Origin: Naegleria gruberi | Lineage: Eukaryota | Direction: 5' to 3' (one strand) | Assembly (NCBI GenBank): GCA_000004985.1 | Contig: GG738853.1 | DNA length: 64,000 bases | Part shown: positions 59,649-64,000 of the stretch, one piece after another | Layout: each line of letters starts with the position of its first letter | Numbering within the stretch: position 1 is the stretch's first letter | The notes under the pieces: generated by a model | The model's input: the letters and a program-made list of their open reading frames with translations, nothing else | Told to the model about the DNA's origin: nothing | Databases searched by the model: none | Program-made: the position numbers and the translations under genes

Positions 59649-60674
59649 TTACAATTTATTATTTGCTTTTAAAATTTGCAAGTAATTTATCTTATTCACA
59701 GGTGCTGATGATTTCTCACTGATCTGTTCCACTTTCAGTTCGGAAATCAAATGCTCAGGATGTTTGTAACGTTTCGAATTTAAACACCAAACTCCAAAAC
59801 CTTTCATTGCTTCCTTAATCGAGTTTCTTACTTGACAAGTTTCCATCCTTTCCAATTCCATAAGAAAATCATACAATCTAGCAATAGTCATCAAGAAACT
59901 CTGTTCTGTCGATTGTTTAGTTTCATTTTGTAAGCAAATGGCATGGTTGACCAAAGTTCCATCCCTCAATTCTTTAGGAAAAGATGCCAAATCATTAATT
60001 AGGAAGAAACATTCATTGGAAATTCGTTGAAACTTTTCAATTTCCAAAGTGGTCACAAAATCGAATTGTAATTTAGCCATTTCCATATATATCGAACCTA
60101 GAGAATCAATTCTTCGCCACTGATCACATTTTTCAACTGAAATTTGACTTCCATCAGCCCAGTAAGTTGCCATCTCCAAGCTTGTTTTGAAATATTTCAC
60201 CATTTCGAATTGTAATGTTCGAATCTGAAACTGTGTGAAGAATGAACAAGAGTTGAATAATTCGTCCATCACATAGAGACCTAAACGAATCGATGGATTG
60301 TGGGTTCTTGAAAAGTACTCTTCTTGACCTTCAAATTTCTCAACCAGTTGTATGTGCGTGATCAACTCCTTTCGAATAGTTTCGTCTACATCTTTCAAAC
60401 AATCACAAGCGTCATCAACAATTGACAAGTACAATGTAATCAATGCAAATATCCTCATAATCTTGTAAGAAACTTGTGGAAACGGTCCACATGCGCATCC
60501 ACAACAATCAGCAATTCCATACTTGTGATAATTATCTGAAGGAAATTTGAAAACTTGAAAACACAAATTTTGTAATTCTGTTGTAATTTCCTTGCAATGT
60601 TTGTTGATTTTTGGTGAAGAAGGATTCCATAGCGTTGTTATTTGTTGATAGTATTCATCGATTGACCAATTCAT
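59649..60674 (-). CDS. class I terpene synthase (microbial-type TPS, about 341 aa)
   Basis: Single ORF. Aspartate-rich motif DDACD (LYLSIVDDACDCLKD) is a DDxxD match. NSE/DTE triad NDLASFPKE fits (N/D)Dxx(S/T)xxxE exactly, about 140 aa downstream. A C-terminal RY pair is KRYKHPE. The size and layout match bacterial, fungal and dictyostelid-type TPS. Confidence 0.7.
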   Translation of the reverse strand: MNWSIDEYYQQITTLWNPSSPKINKHCKEITTELQNLCFQVFKFPSDNYHKYGIADCCGCACGPFPQVSYKIMRIFALITLYLSIVDDACDCLKDVDETIRKELITHIQLVEKFEGQEEYFSRTHNPSIRLGLYVMDELFNSCSFFTQFQIRTLQFEMVKYFKTSLEMATYWADGSQISVEKCDQWRRIDSLGSIYMEMAKLQFDFVTTLEIEKFQRISNECFFLINDLASFPKELRDGTLVNHAICLQNETKQSTEQSFLMTIARLYDFLMELERMETCQVRNSIKEAMKGFGVWCLNSKRYKHPEHLISELKVEQISEKSSAPVNKINYLQILKANNKL

Positions 60675-61501
60675 TTCTTCAAGAATAGTTTTCGGTTTCG
60701 TCTATTTTTCTGTTGTTACTTTTTCGAAACTGCTTGTGGATTCTCAAAATAATGGAGCTAGTAAGCAAGGTCGGCTTGTTTACTCAACACCTTGTGTTTG
60801 ATCTATGATGAAAATGAAGCGCTTTTCATGGAGGAACGTCACTTGTCTTGACTCTTTGTGACTTTTATGGACGTAGGAAATAGTAAGTTTGGCAAGTTGA
60901 GCATTGACCCAATTGGGATTTATTCAATAATTATCTTGTTTCCATTCCATATTTACCTATTTTCTTCCATCATTCTTAATAACAATATGAAAAGAAATTA
61001 TTAGAAACTGTAGTTTCATTGTGGTGTTACTGGCAACAGTGTTAGAGAATGATATTGGTTTCAACAATAACGTTTTTCACTGACTAAATGATTATATTGA
61101 AATTTATAAAGTGTTGATTATAATAATTATCATTCAACGCATTGTATGGAAAACATTCCTGATATTAAAAAAGACTACAGCACCACAGGTTCCCAAGTTG
61201 TCTCCAACCTCAGTACTGATGTGGCTCGACTATACTTAACTTCTCAAATCGGACGGGATGAGGTGCATTCATCGTGATATGGCCGTAGCCATTCATAATC
61301 ATAAAATCTGAATTTTAAATGAATTCCCTTGGTCCAGTATTGAAAATTGAGATAGTAATGATGTTGTTCGCCATTCTAAACCTTAAATTAAGGTTTACCA
61401 ATAGTCTCAACCTTAAAAGTAAGCCAAGGCAGTATCCTATGTTATCATGTGTATTAATTTAGGATTCCATGCAAATTAAGCAACTCTTTATTTAATTTTG
61501 A

Positions 61502-62356
61502 TTATTTATCTTTCGAATATTGTTTCTTTTCGGTGAATTTCACAAAATTAAGGTTAGTTCCAATCAATTTATCAATTAAACAATACCACGCCCCATAGCA
61601 GTCTTGATAATGTGTATGATGATAGGTATGCTCACTGGCATCCAATAAAATTGACTTGGTGACAGGACTAGTTCTGTAATATTTCATAAAATCAAATCCT
61701 GAATGAGAATGAATTGCTTCAAACGTCTTAACCACAGTCCAAACAAAAGACCAAAATAAATGAGCATGTGTCAATAAAGGACCACTCATGACAGCTGGCA
61801 CTGTCACTAAAAATTCAATTGGATGAAAATATTGAGAACCAATTGAGACTGAGTATTTGATTTCATGATGAAGGTAATGAACATACTTGTAAACATATGG
61901 AATTTTGTGTAATAGAAAGTGAACTATGAATGTGAAAATGTCATCACATAAAATAAATATTGGAATGATGACTAATTGACTGACAAGTGACTCGTTTTGT
62001 AAATCTTGATAGCTGCGACTGAAAGGAGGTGGAAAGAACACACCCATCAATATACTCACTGGTAATCCAATTAAAATATGAATTTTCCAAACTTGTTTTA
62101 CAATTTTCATGTAAAGTTCTGAATCGAGAGGCGAGTTTTTTGGATTTATCAAGAATTGATCCATAAAATTCAAATATTTGTTGATTATCCAATGAACTGA
62201 ATGTCCATTTAGTTGTCTTGTCTTTGCTATTTGATAAATAACAAAAGGTCCATTCAAAAACCAAAAAGAAATTATTTGACAAATGACAGGATAAATTCCA
62301 TAGCATACCCATGAAGGAACTGATTCAATGTAGGTCTTCCATAAGTACTCCAACAT
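61502..62356 (-). CDS. fatty acid hydroxylase superfamily oxidase (sterol desaturase / C-4 methyl sterol oxidase-like)
   Basis: 284-aa ORF with about 4 TM segments and three His boxes: HFLLH, HYLHHE and HTYHHTHY. These fit the HX3H / HX2HH / HX2HH pattern of the ERG3/ERG25/SC5D family. Confidence 0.75.
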   Translation of the reverse strand: MLEYLWKTYIESVPSWVCYGIYPVICQIISFWFLNGPFVIYQIAKTRQLNGHSVHWIINKYLNFMDQFLINPKNSPLDSELYMKIVKQVWKIHILIGLPVSILMGVFFPPPFSRSYQDLQNESLVSQLVIIPIFILCDDIFTFIVHFLLHKIPYVYKYVHYLHHEIKYSVSIGSQYFHPIEFLVTVPAVMSGPLLTHAHLFWSFVWTVVKTFEAIHSHSGFDFMKYYRTSPVTKSILLDASEHTYHHTHYQDCYGAWYCLIDKLIGTNLNFVKFTEKKQYSKDK

Positions 62357-62742
62357 TATTTACCAATTATTTTCCTAGAATGATGAGTAAATTTGAGTTG
62401 TTTCAATTTTTTTGAGGTGATCACTGAAAAGTTGACAATATTTGCCGTTCTCACATTGTAAACTTTGTTCTGTTGTTGGAAAGTAATCACTTCTCTCTGT
62501 TGAATGTTCCACTGTCGGTATTCTATCCATATTTCCATGATGAAGTTTCACTTTATCTTTCGAATAATGAAAAGTTTAGTTTGCTTTAACTCTTAGTTGT
62601 AAAACTAATTAGAAACATTGTTTTTTTATTAACTTCCAAACAATATTAAGGGTTATATTCTCATATTCAGTTTCCACTTTAAATTGGCGCCAAAATTATT
62701 AAGAGTAAATTTAAATATTAATAAAAAATTATTTAAAAAAAA

Positions 62743-63679
62743 ATGACCAAAGACAATCAGCATCACAACCCAACGGAAGACGATACTACACTCATCAAGG
62801 ATTATCCAACCATTCGAAAAGAAAAGCTAAAATTCCGAAAATCTCTCATCAAAAACGCCCGATCACAATTTTTAACTTTTAATCTTAGATGTCGATTACG
62901 TAAACCACTCACCGATGAAGCAATAATTGCTCTGAAGGATTATCTTGATGTGGAGAAGAATAATTTTACTACTGTTATGCAAACTATTGTAACTATTAGG
63001 GGCTTAGTATCCACTGAAAAGAAGAATGTGTTGCACATGACTTCTGTGATTATTGATAGTGGAATTGCTAATTGTATTTTGGAGTTTTTAAATTGGGATG
63101 CGAGTAAGATTGCTTCTACTATACCGACAAATCAACTGGACAAGTTTTATATGGAAGTCACGTGGATTATTTCCAATATTGCCTCTGGAACAACAGTTCA
63201 CACTCAGTATATTGTATCATCAGGTTGCATTCCAAACATTGTCAACATTCTTGAAACACATACAAATTTATTGGTGAAAGAACAATGTGTTTGGGCTCTG
63301 GGAAACATTGCTGCTGAATCAGTTACCTGTAGAGATTTGGTTTTGAATTTAGATGTAGTGCCCTTAATAGTGGATATTTTAACTATGGAAATCGGTAACA
63401 TTAGTAATAATATTGAACTGGTTAGAACTGGTAAGTTATCATTTACTCATGTATATAATTTGAATCGTTTAAGTGATTTGGTGTTTAAAAAATATGTTGG
63501 AAAAGACTCCATTTCCACCAAAGAAAACAGTTGCAAAAGCAGTACCAATTCTTACAAAGCTGACTGTTTACTCGCAAGACAAGGAGATTATTGATGATGT
63601 TGTTGCAGCTTTACATACTGCTTTTATCATTTTGAAACCTTCAGGTGTTGCAGATGCCTTAAAAGCACAAATTGAATAA
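62743..63679 (+). CDS. importin-alpha-like armadillo-repeat protein (possibly incomplete; further exons may lie downstream)
   Basis: join(62743..63430,63474..63679), with a 43-nt intron (ACTG|GTAAGT .. TTTAAG|TG, phase 1). ARM repeats EVTWIISNIASGTTVHTQYIVSSGCIPNIVNILETHTNLLVKEQCVWALGNIAAESVTCRDLVLNLDVVPLIV resemble importin-alpha repeats. No clear basic IBB domain is present. The model ends after about 300 aa at TAA 63677-63679, which is short for the family. Confidence 0.55.
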
Positions 63680-64000
63680 TAGGTTTATTGAATATTTGAG
63701 TGGATACTAATTTTTCATTTTCTCTCCATCTAACTTCTAGTTCATTGAATGTTTGGAATTATTTCTTTCAAATTCTCCACTCACAAGAACAGTGGAATTA
63801 AAATTAAGATTTGGTTCTTTAAGAATACAATAGACCAAAAGCTACAATTTTATCGTAAAGTAATATTGTAAAGTGTTAATTAATAACCTGGCCATTGTAA
63901 TTGGATCTTTTTACGATTTAACGAACTCGTTAGGAACATTAGAAATCATTCCAAACATTTGTGGAAAATCCTGATTTTTAATGTTTTTAAAATTGAAAAA

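Noticed and set aside
63680-64000. Possible additional importin-alpha exons after the TAA at 63677-63679
   Set aside because: A pyrimidine tract plus AG at about 63644 and downstream AG sites exist. No reading frame with ARM-like sequence could be established before the window ends.

Overview
This window is eukaryotic nuclear DNA, not prokaryotic. Genes lie on both strands, and GT..AG introns with strong GTAAGT-type donors interrupt about half of them. TAA stop codons dominate, intergenic DNA is AT-rich, and many proteins carry long Q/N/S/T/K low-complexity tracts. Three nuclear-type tRNA genes are present: His-GUG (no encoded G-1, A73), Thr-AGU, and Tyr-GUA with an 11-nt intron. That profile fits an amoebozoan, most plausibly a dictyostelid social amoeba, but this is inference only. 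I built about 36 protein-gene models by hand-splicing the ORF track, and many track ORFs are exon fragments or start at TTG/GTG. Several introns are ultra-short (41-56 nt; three are exactly 49 nt), and others run 70-161 nt. Recognisable products include GH20 beta-hexosaminidase, a LipB-type octanoyltransferase and lipoyl synthase (divergent pair), Cys-type glutathione peroxidase, an IT-superfamily permease with two TrkA-C domains, and an SDR. Further models give an ACSF2-like acyl-CoA synthetase, a 1975-aa phospholipase D, a 2OG-oxygenase/BTB fusion, an F-box/LRR protein, an amino-acid transporter, and a B-box/SPRY protein. The remaining recognisable products are FAHD1-like hydrolase, a receptor-like ABCG transporter, an ERK-like MAPK, a cathepsin B-like protease, a PI-PLC-X-like protein, a microbial-type terpene synthase next to a sterol-desaturase-family oxidase, and an importin-alpha-like ARM protein. 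No CRISPR arrays, operons or mobile elements were detected. The most interesting loci are the terpene synthase plus oxidase pair, the ABCG transporter with a huge Cys-rich ectodomain, and the LipB/LipA divergent pair. A fourth is an ORF-free, compositionally atypical block (16.0-17.2 kb) carrying a DUSE-like TCCCACAA motif.
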